From Chloroflexota bacterium (lineage in GTDB: Bacteria; Chloroflexota; Limnocylindria; Limnocylindrales; CSP1-4): a stretch of DNA of 64,000 nucleotides. Location: the NCBI GenBank assembly GCA_042408445.1, contig JBHORC010000024.1:44092-108091 (forward strand). Direction: 5' to 3'. Of this stretch, positions 48,514-58,272 are shown piece after piece. Every line of letters begins with the position of its first letter. The stretch's first letter is position 1. The notes under the pieces are model-generated. The model was not told where the DNA came from. It saw only the letters and a program-made list of their open reading frames with translations, and ran no database searches. A program made the position numbers and the translations under genes.

Positions 48514-50910
48514 ATGACGACGGAAGCAACACCCCGCACCAGCCCCGAGATCGGGGGCATGGGCCACTCGGTCAAGCGCAAGGAGGATCCGCGCTTCATC
48601 CGCGGCCGTGGCGAGTACATCGAGGACGTGAACCTGCCGGGCCAGCTGTGGCTCGACATCGTCCGCAGTCCCTATGCCCACGCGACGATCAAGGGCATCG
48701 ACGCGAGCGAGGCGCTCAAGGTCCCGGGGGTCCTCGCCGTCATCACCGGCAAGGATCTCGAGGGCTACAAGCTCCACTGGATGCCGACCCTCGCCGGCGA
48801 CATGCAGATGGTCCTGCCGACCGACACGGTCATGTACCAGAGCCAGGAAGTCGCGGCGGTGATCGCGACGAGTCGCTATGCCGCAGCCGACGGCGTCGCC
48901 GCGGTCCTCGTCGACTACGACCCGCTCCCCGTCGTGGTGGATCCGTTCAAGGCGCTCCAGGCGGATGCGCCGGTGCTCCGCCCGGACCGTGCTGCCGACA
49001 AGCAGACGAACCGCATCTGGCACTGGGAATCGGGCGACGAGTCCGCGGCGGACACCGCCCTCGCCAACGCCGAGGTCCGGATCGCCGAGGACATCTACAT
49101 CCCGAGGATCCACGTCGCCTCGATCGAGACGTGCGGTTGCGTCGCGGACTGGGATCCGGTTCGCCAGCAGCTCACCCTGCACATGACGACCCAGGCGCCG
49201 CACGCGATCCGGACCGTCATCGCCCTCGTCGCCGCGGGCGCCGGGCTGCCGATCTCCGAGCAGAACATCCGGGTGAAGACGCACGACATCGGCGGCGGCT
49301 TCGGCGGCAAGGTCCCGGTCTACCCGGGCTACGTCCTCGCGGTCGCGGCCTCGTTCCTCATCGGCAAGCCGGTGAAATGGATCGAGGACCGCTCGGAGAA
49401 CCTCCAGGCGGACTCCTTCGCCCGGGACTACCACATCCACGCCGAGATGGGCGCCACGAAGGACGGCCGGATCCAGGCGCTCAAGGTCCGGACGATCGCC
49501 GACCACGGCTACACGGACGCCGCGGCCGACCCCTCGAAGTTCCCGGCGGGTCTGTTCAACGTGATCACCGGGTCGTACGACTTCCCGAACGCGTTCGTCG
49601 AGGTCGACGGCGTCTACACGAACAAGCCGCCTGGCGGCGTCGCCTACCGCTGCTCGTTCCGCGTGACCGAGGCGGTCCACGCGATCGAGCGGATGGTCGA
49701 CGTCCTGGCGCATGACATCGGCAAGGACCCGGCCCAGGTCCGGATGGAGAACTTCATCCAGCCCGAGCAGTTCCCGTACACCACGCCGACCGGCTGGTCG
49801 TACGACTCGGGCAACTATCCGGCCGCCCTGCAGAAGGCGATGGACCTCATCGACTACGCCGGGCTGCGCCGCGAACAGGCCGAGAAGCGCGCCCGTGGCG
49901 AGCTCATGGGGATCGGGATCAGCAGCTTCACCGAGATCGTCGGCGCGGGGCCGTCCCACGACTTCGACATCCTCGGGATCAAGATGTTCGACTCGTGCGA
50001 GATCCGGGTCCACCCGACGGGCAAGGTGCTCGCGCGGCTCGGCGTGCAGACGCAGGGCCAGGGCCACGAGACGACGTTCGCCCAGATCATCGCCGAGGAG
50101 CTCGGCTTCCCGGTGCAGGACATCAAGATCGAGGAAGGCGACACGGACACCGCGCCCTACGGGCTCGGCACGTACGCGTCGCGCTCGACGCCGGTCGCGG
50201 GCGCCGCGACCGCGATCGCGGCCCGGAAGATCCGGGAGAAGGCCCGCAAGATCGCCGCCCACCTCCTCGAGGCGAGCGAGGACGACCTCGAGTGGGAGCC
50301 CGGCAAGTTCAGCGTCAAGGGCTCGCCGGACCGGTTCAAGACGATCCAGGAGATCGCCTTCGCGGCCTACACGAACCATCCGGCCGGGATGGAGGCGGGC
50401 CTGGAGGCCGTCGACTACTACGACCCGCCGAACCTGACGTTCCCGTTCGGCAGCTACATCTGTGTCGTCGACATCGACAAGGGCACCGGCGAGGTGAAGA
50501 TCCGCCGGTTCGTCGCGGTGGACGACTGCGGCAACATCATCAACCCGATGATCGTCGACGGCCAGATCCACGGCGGCCTCACGATGGGCCTCGCCCCGGC
50601 GCTGTACGAGGCGATCACGTACGACGAGAACGGCAACAACCTCGCCGGCACGTTCATGGATTACCTGCTCCCGACCGCGCTCGAGACGCCCGCCTGGGAG
50701 CTCGAGAAGACCGTCACGCCTTCGCCGCATCACCCGATCGGGGCCAAGGGCGTCGGCGAGTCGGCGACCGTCGGCGCGCCGCCCGCGATCGCCAATGCCG
50801 TCGTCGATGCCCTGTGGCACCTCGGCGTCCGGAACATCGACATCCCGATCACCCCGCCGAAGGTGTGGGCGATCCTCAACGAGAAGGGCGTCGTCGGCGC
50901 TCCGGCCTGA
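48514..50910 (+). CDS. coxL: Carbon monoxide dehydrogenase large subunit, Mo-Cu; form I (AYRCSFR active-site loop)
   Basis: VAYRCSFR signature with Cu-ligand Cys. approx. 798 aa xanthine dehydrogenase-family Mo subunit. Confidence 0.95.
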   Translation: MTTEATPRTSPEIGGMGHSVKRKEDPRFIRGRGEYIEDVNLPGQLWLDIVRSPYAHATIKGIDASEALKVPGVLAVITGKDLEGYKLHWMPTLAGDMQMVLPTDTVMYQSQEVAAVIATSRYAAADGVAAVLVDYDPLPVVVDPFKALQADAPVLRPDRAADKQTNRIWHWESGDESAADTALANAEVRIAEDIYIPRIHVASIETCGCVADWDPVRQQLTLHMTTQAPHAIRTVIALVAAGAGLPISEQNIRVKTHDIGGGFGGKVPVYPGYVLAVAASFLIGKPVKWIEDRSENLQADSFARDYHIHAEMGATKDGRIQALKVRTIADHGYTDAAADPSKFPAGLFNVITGSYDFPNAFVEVDGVYTNKPPGGVAYRCSFRVTEAVHAIERMVDVLAHDIGKDPAQVRMENFIQPEQFPYTTPTGWSYDSGNYPAALQKAMDLIDYAGLRREQAEKRARGELMGIGISSFTEIVGAGPSHDFDILGIKMFDSCEIRVHPTGKVLARLGVQTQGQGHETTFAQIIAEELGFPVQDIKIEEGDTDTAPYGLGTYASRSTPVAGAATAIAARKIREKARKIAAHLLEASEDDLEWEPGKFSVKGSPDRFKTIQEIAFAAYTNHPAGMEAGLEAVDYYDPPNLTFPFGSYICVVDIDKGTGEVKIRRFVAVDDCGNIINPMIVDGQIHGGLTMGLAPALYEAITYDENGNNLAGTFMDYLLPTALETPAWELEKTVTPSPHHPIGAKGVGESATVGAPPAIANAVVDALWHLGVRNIDIPITPPKVWAILNEKGVVGAPA

Positions 50911-50932
50911 CGACGCCGCCCCTCGGCCCATC

Positions 50933-52027
50933 GTGAGCCACAGCATCTTTCGTCGAGCGGCCGAGCTCGAGCAGGCCGGTCGCCCGTTCGTCGTCGCGAC
51001 CGTCGTTGCCGTCGCGCGGCCCACCTCCGCTCGCCCCGGAGCGAGCGGCATCGTCCACCCGGATGGAACGATCGAGGGCTGGGTCGGCGGCAGCTGCGCC
51101 CAGCCCGTGGTCGTGCGGGAGGCGCTCCACGCGATGGCCGACGGCCAGCCGCGTCTCCTCCGCCTGTCGAAGGACGCGCCGGCCGAGGGCCGCCGTGCCG
51201 ACGGCATCGTCGAGCTCGTGATGACGTGCCATTCCGGCGGCACGCTGGAGATCTACGTGGAACCCCATCTTCCCGCGCCGCTCCTCTGGATCGCCGGCAC
51301 GACCCCGATTGCCGGCGCGCTCGTCACCCTCGGCGCCGCGAGCGGCTGGCGCGTCTCGGTCTTCGATCCGGTTGCCCAGAGCGAGGACTTCCCGGCTGCC
51401 GAACGCGTCAGTCAGGAGACGTCGTTGGGCCGCGTCGATCCGGAGGCCAGTCCGTACGTCGTCGTCGCGACGCAGGGCGTCTGGGACGAGGAAGCGCTCG
51501 CCGCCGGGCTGCGCCGATCCGCGTCCTATGTCGGCCTCGTCGCCTCGCCGACCCGGGCGAACGTCGTCCGGCAGTGGCTGCGCGAGGAGACCGGGCTCGC
51601 CGAGGAGCGGCTCGCCGCGCTGCGCGCGCCCGCTGGGATGGATCTCGGCGCGGAGACGGCGGAGGAGATCGCCCTGTCGATCCTGGCCGAGCTCGTCCAG
51701 GTCCGGCGCGGGCGCGCTCCCTTCGTCGCGTCCCCGGGGCCGGCGACGATGACCGGTGACGCGGCGCTCGTCGTCCCGCCGATCCAGCCCGTCGTCGATG
51801 ACATCGTGCTGGTCGATCCGGTCTGCGGGATGACCGTGGACCGCGCTCACGCCCGCCACCTCGCCGAGCACGAGGGAACGGTCTACGCGTTCTGCTCGAT
51901 CGGCTGTCGGACGCGCTTCATCCGCGAGCCCGCCGCGTTCCTCGCCGCGCCGGGGACCGCCGGGATGTCACCTGCCGGTCGACCCGCGACCGTTGGCGGC
52001 GACTCCCCGTTATCATCCGACGCCTGA
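50933..52027 (+). CDS. XdhC/CoxI-family maturation factor fused to C-terminal YHS/TRASH metal-binding domain
   Basis: XdhC_CoxI N-terminal domain (FVVATVVAVARPTSARPGA...VGGSCAQ) plus Rossmann XdhC_C. C-terminal DPVCGMTVDRAHARHLAEHEGTVYAFCSIGCRTRF. GTG start. Confidence 0.7.
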   Translation: MSHSIFRRAAELEQAGRPFVVATVVAVARPTSARPGASGIVHPDGTIEGWVGGSCAQPVVVREALHAMADGQPRLLRLSKDAPAEGRRADGIVELVMTCHSGGTLEIYVEPHLPAPLLWIAGTTPIAGALVTLGAASGWRVSVFDPVAQSEDFPAAERVSQETSLGRVDPEASPYVVVATQGVWDEEALAAGLRRSASYVGLVASPTRANVVRQWLREETGLAEERLAALRAPAGMDLGAETAEEIALSILAELVQVRRGRAPFVASPGPATMTGDAALVVPPIQPVVDDIVLVDPVCGMTVDRAHARHLAEHEGTVYAFCSIGCRTRFIREPAAFLAAPGTAGMSPAGRPATVGGDSPLSSDA

Positions 52028-52106
52028 CCGGCACCCCAGCCCGCCGGTCGCCGTTCCTCCACGCCGCAACGGCTCGAACGGTCGCCCACGACCCACGGAG
52101 CGCCGC

Positions 52107-52547
52107 ATGAAGTTCGCCGGTACCGTCGACATCGCCGCGCCACGCGACCGCGTCTGGGCGTTCGTCATCGACCCGAACCAGGTCGGCAAGTGCGGGCCCG
52201 GCGTCGAATCGATCGAGGTCGTCGACGCGACGCACTTCAAGGCAACGGCGAAGGTCGGGATCGGGTTCATCAGCGCCCGGTTCGTCGTGAACATGGAGAT
52301 GGCGGATCAGCAGCCGCCCGATCGGGCGGTCATCAAGGCGCACGGCCAGGCGCCCGGGAGCGCAGTGGACGCGACCGCGTCGATGACCCTGAGCGACGGC
52401 CCGAGCGGCGGCACCCGCATGGACTGGGACGCTGACGTGATGATCTCCGGCAGCCTGGCATCGCTCGGCTCGCGGCTGATCGAAGGCACCGCCAACAAGA
52501 TGATCGGCCAGACGTTCGACTGCATGAAGGCGACCCTCGAGGCCTGA
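52107..52547 (+). CDS. coxG: CoxG-family SRPBCC protein (CODH-associated)
   Basis: approx. 146 aa, MKFAGTVDIAAPRDRVWAFVIDPNQVGKC... CoxG-like pattern. Downstream of the form I cluster. Confidence 0.75.
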   Translation: MKFAGTVDIAAPRDRVWAFVIDPNQVGKCGPGVESIEVVDATHFKATAKVGIGFISARFVVNMEMADQQPPDRAVIKAHGQAPGSAVDATASMTLSDGPSGGTRMDWDADVMISGSLASLGSRLIEGTANKMIGQTFDCMKATLEA

Positions 52548-52572
52548 GGCCGACGATCCCGCCGGCCCGAAG

Positions 52573-54429
52573 ATGAACATGCTCCCGCTTCACGCGCCGC
52601 TCCGAAGCGCGCTCGGCGATCTTGCCGACGCCGTTCCGCACCTCGTCTGGGTCGCGGCTGACGACGGGACCGTCCGCGATTACAACGGCCGGATCGCCGA
52701 CTATGCGGATGCCCGGCTGGCGGGACAGGACGGCTGGCGCTGGGAGGCGCTCGTCCACCCCGACGACCTCGGGCCGACGACGGAGGCCTGGCACGAAGCG
52801 GTCGCCCGCGGCGGTCCGTACGAGCACGAGCACCGGCTCCGGATGGCCGACGGGACGTTCCGCTGGCACCTGAGCCGCGGCGTCGCGGTCCGCGACGAGG
52901 CGACCGGCGAGGTGACCTGGTATGGCACGGCCACGGACATCGACGGCGGTCGCGTCGCCGAGGATCTGCTACGCCGGACCCAGAGCTCGCTCGCGCTGGC
53001 GATGCGCGGTGGCCGCATGGGCTGGTGGACGCGCGACCTCGAGACCGAGGTCGTGACGTGGAGCCCCGAGCTCGAGGAGCTGTTCGGGTTGCCGCCGGGT
53101 GGGTTCGAGGGGCGCGAGACCGCGTTCCTCGAGCGGGTCGTGCCGGAGGATCGGGCCGCGGTCTCCGCCGCCGTCGCGAACGCGCTCGCGAACCGGACGG
53201 ATTACATCGTCGAGTTCCGGTTCCAGCACGCGGACGGCTCGATCCGCTGGATGGACGGCCGCGGGCGTGCCACGTACGAGGGCGACCGTCCGACGGTCCT
53301 CTACGGCATCGGGATCGACATCACGATCCGCAAGGAGGCGGAGGAGGAGCTTCGGGGCCGGGAGGAGCGGCTGCGCCTGGCCGCCGAGGCGGGCGAGTTC
53401 GGCCTGTATGACTACGACCTGGTGACCGGCGAGCGCTACTGGTCGCCGGAGCTCCACGAGATCGTGGCGACGAGCGGCGCGACGCCGTCCCCGGACGCCC
53501 CACCCATCCATCCCGACGATCGCGAGGCGGCCCTGGAGCGATTCGCCGCTGCCCAGCTGCCGACGGGTGACGGATCGATCGACCACGAGTTCCGGGTCGT
53601 CCGTCCGGACGGGACGATCCGCTGGGTCTCGACCCACGGCCAGACTTACTTCTCCGAGGCGGAACCGTCTCCGTCACGACGGGCGCTCCGCTCGATCGGC
53701 GTCGTCGTCGACGTGACCGAGCGCAAGCAGGCGGACGAGCTGCGCGACGTGTTCGTCGGGATGCTGAGCCACGAGCTTCGCACACCCGTCACGGCGATCT
53801 TCGGCGGGAGCCAGCTCCTCCGGCGACCGAACCTCGACGAGGCGGACCGGAGGGGGATCATCGACGACATCGTCTCGGAGAGCGAGCGACTGGAGCGCCT
53901 CGTCGAGAACCTCCTCGTCCTCGCCCGGGCGGAGCGGCACGTGGTCGAGAGTGGCAGCGATCCGGTCCTCGTCCGGCCGCTGATGGAGCGGATCCTCGCC
54001 GACAAGCGACGGCGCTGGCCGGACGCGACGATCGTCCTCGAGGCCGCCGCCGGGCTGCCGCCGGCGCGCTGCGACGAGGCATCGTTCGAGCTCGTGCTCC
54101 GGAACCTCGTCTCGAACGCCCTGAAGTACGGTGACGAAGGGGAGATCCTCGTCCGGGCGGCCCTCGTCGACGGCGACATCGAGATCAGCGTGTGCGACGA
54201 GGGGCCGGGTCTCCCGGACGACCCCTCACGGCTGTTCGATCTGTTCTATCGGACGGACACGGCGCGACGACGGGCGCAGGGTGCCGGGATCGGCCTGTAC
54301 GTGGTCCGGGCCCTGGTCGAATCCGCCGGCGGGACGACGTGGGCCCGGAATCGGCCGGAAGGCGGCGCGGAGTTCGGGTTCCGGCTGCCGGCGTACGGCG
54401 AGGCCGACGACCTGTTCGACGGCGACTGA
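52573..54429 (+). CDS. Cytoplasmic sensor histidine kinase with three PAS domains
   Basis: Three PAS-like modules. HisKA H-box MLSHELRTPVTAI. HATPase_c N/G boxes (NLVSNALKYG, GAGIGLYVV). No TM segments. Confidence 0.85.
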   Translation: MNMLPLHAPLRSALGDLADAVPHLVWVAADDGTVRDYNGRIADYADARLAGQDGWRWEALVHPDDLGPTTEAWHEAVARGGPYEHEHRLRMADGTFRWHLSRGVAVRDEATGEVTWYGTATDIDGGRVAEDLLRRTQSSLALAMRGGRMGWWTRDLETEVVTWSPELEELFGLPPGGFEGRETAFLERVVPEDRAAVSAAVANALANRTDYIVEFRFQHADGSIRWMDGRGRATYEGDRPTVLYGIGIDITIRKEAEEELRGREERLRLAAEAGEFGLYDYDLVTGERYWSPELHEIVATSGATPSPDAPPIHPDDREAALERFAAAQLPTGDGSIDHEFRVVRPDGTIRWVSTHGQTYFSEAEPSPSRRALRSIGVVVDVTERKQADELRDVFVGMLSHELRTPVTAIFGGSQLLRRPNLDEADRRGIIDDIVSESERLERLVENLLVLARAERHVVESGSDPVLVRPLMERILADKRRRWPDATIVLEAAAGLPPARCDEASFELVLRNLVSNALKYGDEGEILVRAALVDGDIEISVCDEGPGLPDDPSRLFDLFYRTDTARRRAQGAGIGLYVVRALVESAGGTTWARNRPEGGAEFGFRLPAYGEADDLFDGD

Positions 54430-54440
54430 CGCGGTCGGCG

Positions 54441-55079
54441 ATGGAGCGGATCAGCCGGGTGATCGGGCCGCTCGGGACGAACGTCCACGTCATCGCCGAT
54501 CCGGCGACGGGCGAGGCGATCGCGATCGACACGGCGATCCCGTCCCTCGCCTGGATCAGCGAGGAGCTCACCGCTCGCGAGTGGACGTTGAAGCTCATCG
54601 TCTCGACCCATGGCCACTGGGATCACATCGGCGACAACGCCGCCGTCGCGGAGGCCACCGGCGCCGAGATCGCCGTCCACGCTGCGGACCGCGAGGCGCT
54701 CGTCCATCCGACGCCGCTCTGGGCGCCGTTCGAGATCCCGCCGTCGGTGCCGGCCGTCGAGCTGGGCGAGGGCGGCGTGGTCCGCTTCGGGGCGATCCGC
54801 CTCACCGTCCTCCACACGCCCGGCCACACGCCGGGATCCGTGTGCCTGCTCGACGCCGACAGCGGCGTCCTCTTCAGCGGTGACACGCTCTTCGCCGCGG
54901 GCTGGGGCCGGGTGGACCTCCCCGGCGGCTCGCCGGAGGCGATGGCCGAGTCGCTGATCCGTCTGTCGGAGCTCGACCCCGCGACGACGGTCCTGCCGGG
55001 CCACGGAGCGTCGACGACGATCAGCCGCGAGCGGCCGTGGCTCGATCTCGTCCGCAGCTCGGGGCGGCTGCTCGACTAG
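54441..55079 (+). CDS. MBL-fold metallo-hydrolase (glyoxalase II-like)
   Basis: STHGHWDHIG His motif, TPGHTPGS. Confidence 0.8.
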   Translation: MERISRVIGPLGTNVHVIADPATGEAIAIDTAIPSLAWISEELTAREWTLKLIVSTHGHWDHIGDNAAVAEATGAEIAVHAADREALVHPTPLWAPFEIPPSVPAVELGEGGVVRFGAIRLTVLHTPGHTPGSVCLLDADSGVLFSGDTLFAAGWGRVDLPGGSPEAMAESLIRLSELDPATTVLPGHGASTTISRERPWLDLVRSSGRLLD

Positions 55080-56056
55080 CCGTTGACGACCCCGGTCGTG
55101 TCGACGACCTCGAGCATCGAGCCGGTGATCTGGTTGAGCGCGTGGAGCTCGTCGTCGTTCCAGTGCGGATCCGACGCGCCGGCGATGTAGTACGCCGATC
55201 CGTTGTCGGCCAGGATCATCCCGTACTGCTTGAGCGCGGTGAGGATCACGCGGACCTGCGGCCCGAAGCCGCTGATGTTCACGCCCGCCTTGAGCCGGAC
55301 GCGGAGGCCCATCGGCGGGTAGCTCGCGCTCGTCGTCGAGCCGGCGTCGTGGCGGGCCGGATAGATGTGCGCGTCGCGGGTCTTCGGCACCGTGAACCGG
55401 AGAGCGTGGGCGATCACCCCGGCGGCGACCTCGTCGTACCGGGCAAGGCCGGGGTAGATCGGCAGGCCCGCGGCGTCGGCGGACGTCCAGCCGTCCGGCC
55501 GCAGCGCGTTCGAGCCCAGATCCCATGTCGCGCCGGAGCCGGCCGTCCAGTGGCCAGTCGAGTGGTCCGCGGCAAAGAGCTCCCAGAGACGACAGCTCGC
55601 CTCGTCGATCATCAGGAGATGGCGATCGCCGCCTGCGCCCGCGCCCTCGATCTTCGGTGAGGCGGGGATCGGGTAGGGGACATGGTCCGACTCGTCGTCG
55701 TAGTCGAACTGGACGGTCGTCCGGGGCGTCGTCTTCGTGACGACATTCACCGGGATCCCATAGCCGGCGAACGTGCCGAAGTCCGGGTGGAGCGTGCGGG
55801 TCGTCCCCATCGAGGCGATCAACGTCGCCGAGTCCCTGCGCACGGGAAGACTGTCGATCCGGCGGTTCCACACGTTCGTCGTCGGGAACGCCTGCTTGCA
55901 GCCGACATGGCTGACGATCGGGGTTCGGCCCGCGCCCGTCGTGCCGCGAGCCGCGGCCGAGACGCCGGCGGCGGCGGTCGCCGACAGCGCGGTCACGAAG
56001 ACGAGAACCGCGACGCGCCAGGTCGACGAGTGAGCGGACAGACGGCGCTCAGGCAT
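55076..56056 (-). CDS. Secreted hypothetical protein
   Basis: Signal peptide after MPERRLSAHSSTWRVAVLVFVTALSATAAAG. No recognised catalytic motifs. Start refined to internal ATG. Confidence 0.45.
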   Translation of the reverse strand: MPERRLSAHSSTWRVAVLVFVTALSATAAAGVSAAARGTTGAGRTPIVSHVGCKQAFPTTNVWNRRIDSLPVRRDSATLIASMGTTRTLHPDFGTFAGYGIPVNVVTKTTPRTTVQFDYDDESDHVPYPIPASPKIEGAGAGGDRHLLMIDEASCRLWELFAADHSTGHWTAGSGATWDLGSNALRPDGWTSADAAGLPIYPGLARYDEVAAGVIAHALRFTVPKTRDAHIYPARHDAGSTTSASYPPMGLRVRLKAGVNISGFGPQVRVILTALKQYGMILADNGSAYYIAGASDPHWNDDELHALNQITGSMLEVVDTTGVVNG

Positions 56057-56137
56057 GCGGCGATCGTCGCCTGCAATCCGCCCCGTGCGCCTGATCCGAT
56101 GGTCCCGAACGGTGCCGGCCCACACCGCCCGAAGGGG

Positions 56138-57166
56138 TCAGAGGACGCCGGGTGGGAGCGGCTTGCGGTAGACGGTCGAGCTCGACGCCACCTCGAAGCC
56201 GCACGACTCGTAGAGGCGGAGCGCCTGGTTCGGGTTCGACGCGTCGACGCCGAGGGCCGCCTCCGTCATCCCGTGCTCCCGCAGGAGGCGGAGGCTGTGG
56301 GCGATCAGCGCGCGTGCCAGCCCACGCTGACGCCACGGACGTCGGGTGAAGATCGAGTCGAGCCAGCCGAGCGTCGGCTCCGACGATCGGACACCGTTGA
56401 GAACGGCTCCGGCAACCTCGTCGCCATCGAACGCGACCACCCACAGGGACACGTCACTGTCGGGGTCCTCCAGGACCAGGCGGTAGAACGTCTCGACGTC
56501 CTCGACGGACCCGAAGTGATCCTGGAACGCCTCGTGGTCGGCCGCGATCACGGTCTTGATCGCCGTCGGCTCGAAGGGGATCGGCCGGATCTCGAGGCCG
56601 TCGGGCAGCGGAGCCAGCGGGATCCCGTCGAGGTTCGGTCGGCGCATCGAGAAGAAGCGTCGCATCGGCTCGTACCCGGCGGAGCGCAGGAGGACGTCGC
56701 CGCCGACGTCGCCGTCGTGGATGTACGTGGTGAGCCAGGCGGGCCGGCCGCCAGCAGACGCCGCCTCCGCCGCTGCGATCTCGAGACGCCGCCGCTCGGT
56801 CCACTCGAGAAGCCGCCGGCCGAGCCCCCGCCGGCGCTCGGCGGGAAGGACGAAGCAGGCGCACTCGTACCAGCGCTCGCGGTCCGTCGTGTCGCTCCAG
56901 AGGACCCGTGCATAGCCGACGACCTCATCTCCCCGCCGGGCGATGACCAGATCCGTCGACGGGTCGCAGTTCTCGAGGTTCCGGTAGTAGGCCCGCATGC
57001 CGTCGACGGTGCTGAGGTCGATCTCGCCGGCATCGCGCCGGACGGCATCGGCGACGGTCCAGAGCTGCGGCACCTCGGCGTCGAGGTCCACGGACAGCCG
57101 GAGGCTGACCCCGTCCACGTCCGCCTCCACGGCCGGGCCCTTCGGGGGAACCACCGTGGTCGTCAT
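56138..57166 (-). CDS. Tandem-GNAT N-acetyltransferase (mycothiol synthase MshD-like architecture)
   Basis: Two GNAT-like halves (RRRGLGRRLLE...; RQRGLARALIAHSLRLL). SD GGAGGG before ATG. Confidence 0.6.
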   Translation of the reverse strand: MTTTVVPPKGPAVEADVDGVSLRLSVDLDAEVPQLWTVADAVRRDAGEIDLSTVDGMRAYYRNLENCDPSTDLVIARRGDEVVGYARVLWSDTTDRERWYECACFVLPAERRRGLGRRLLEWTERRRLEIAAAEAASAGGRPAWLTTYIHDGDVGGDVLLRSAGYEPMRRFFSMRRPNLDGIPLAPLPDGLEIRPIPFEPTAIKTVIAADHEAFQDHFGSVEDVETFYRLVLEDPDSDVSLWVVAFDGDEVAGAVLNGVRSSEPTLGWLDSIFTRRPWRQRGLARALIAHSLRLLREHGMTEAALGVDASNPNQALRLYESCGFEVASSSTVYRKPLPPGVL

Positions 57167-58272
57167 CGCCGTCCCTCCGTCCCGTACTTCGCGTCCATGT
57201 GGCGGCTGACCGCCTTGCCGATCTGCTTCCACTTCCGTCGCTCCTCCGCCCGGGCGAGGGCGTCGACCCGACGCTCGTGGTGGGCGGTCTCGCGACGGAG
57301 CTTCTGCCAGCTCGCGTACCGGTCCGGTTCGAGCCGTCCGTCGGCGAGGGCCGCCCGAACCGCGCAGCCGGGCTCTGCGCCGTGGGAGCAATCGCTGAAC
57401 CGGCAGCCGACGGCGACGTCCTCGATGTCCCCGAAGGTCTGGTCGAGCCCGTCGGAATCCCACAGGGCGAGCTCGCGCATGCCGGGGGTGTCGAGGACGA
57501 GCCCGCCACCCGGGAGCAGGTGCAGCTCGCGACGGGTCGTGGTGTGGCGGCCGCGGGCGTCGTCGTCACGGATCGCGCTCGTCGCGGCGATCTCTGCTCC
57601 GGCAAGCCGATTCAGGAGCGTCGACTTCCCGACGCCGGACGAGCCGACGAAGGCGACCGTGCAGCCGACGGGGATCCGTCCCTGGAGCTCATCGATGCCC
57701 CGTCCGTCGAACGAGCTGACGACGATCACCTCGGCGCCGGCGGCCACGCGGGCCACGGCCGCGAGCGCCTCCTGGACCTCGGCATCCGTTTCGAGGTCCG
57801 CCTTGGTGAGCAGCACGATCGGCTGGGCGCCGCTCTCCCACGCCGCTGCGACATAGCGCTCGAGCCGGCGCGGGTTCAGGTCGCCGTTGAGCGATGCGAC
57901 GACGAAGACGATGTCCAGGTTCGCGCCGACGACCTGGGCGCCGGTTCGTCGCCCCGCTGCCTGGCGAACCAGGGCGGTTCGCCGGGGAAGCAGAGCATGG
58001 ATGACCGTCTCGTCGGCGAGGCCGGCCTCCACGACGACCCAGTCGCCGACCGCCGGGAATGCCGACGGACCCTCGTCCGCATCGAACCGGAAGCGGCCGG
58101 TCACACCGGCCCGGAGCTCGCCGGCCGCGGCGAGGACCTGGTACGAGCCGCGATCCTCGGCGACGACCCGCGCCGGCTCGCGGCCCAGCGCCGCATGCGG
58201 TGCGTGCGCGGCCGCGAGCGCGGGCGTCCAGCCGAGCAGGTCGAGCGTGGTCACGACATCCGTGGCCGTCAT
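57163..58272 (-). CDS. rsgA: Ribosome small-subunit-dependent GTPase A
   Basis: G-motifs VGSSGVGKSTLLN, DTPG. C-terminal zinc ribbon CRFSDCSHGAEPGCAV. Start refined to ATG 58272. Confidence 0.85.
   Translation of the reverse strand: MTATDVVTTLDLLGWTPALAAAHAPHAALGREPARVVAEDRGSYQVLAAAGELRAGVTGRFRFDADEGPSAFPAVGDWVVVEAGLADETVIHALLPRRTALVRQAAGRRTGAQVVGANLDIVFVVASLNGDLNPRRLERYVAAAWESGAQPIVLLTKADLETDAEVQEALAAVARVAAGAEVIVVSSFDGRGIDELQGRIPVGCTVAFVGSSGVGKSTLLNRLAGAEIAATSAIRDDDARGRHTTTRRELHLLPGGGLVLDTPGMRELALWDSDGLDQTFGDIEDVAVGCRFSDCSHGAEPGCAVRAALADGRLEPDRYASWQKLRRETAHHERRVDALARAEERRKWKQIGKAVSRHMDAKYGTEGRR

Noticed and set aside
46890-51243. Very long minus-strand ORFs (46890..48659, 48340..51243; likewise 5931..7043, 7475..9301, 19846..21990, 22816..25011, 35506..36975) lying antisense to well-supported genes
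   Set aside because: Their translations are Arg/Ala/Gly/Pro-rich with no motifs. This is the typical open antisense frame of high-GC DNA. The sense-strand genes have strong family signatures.
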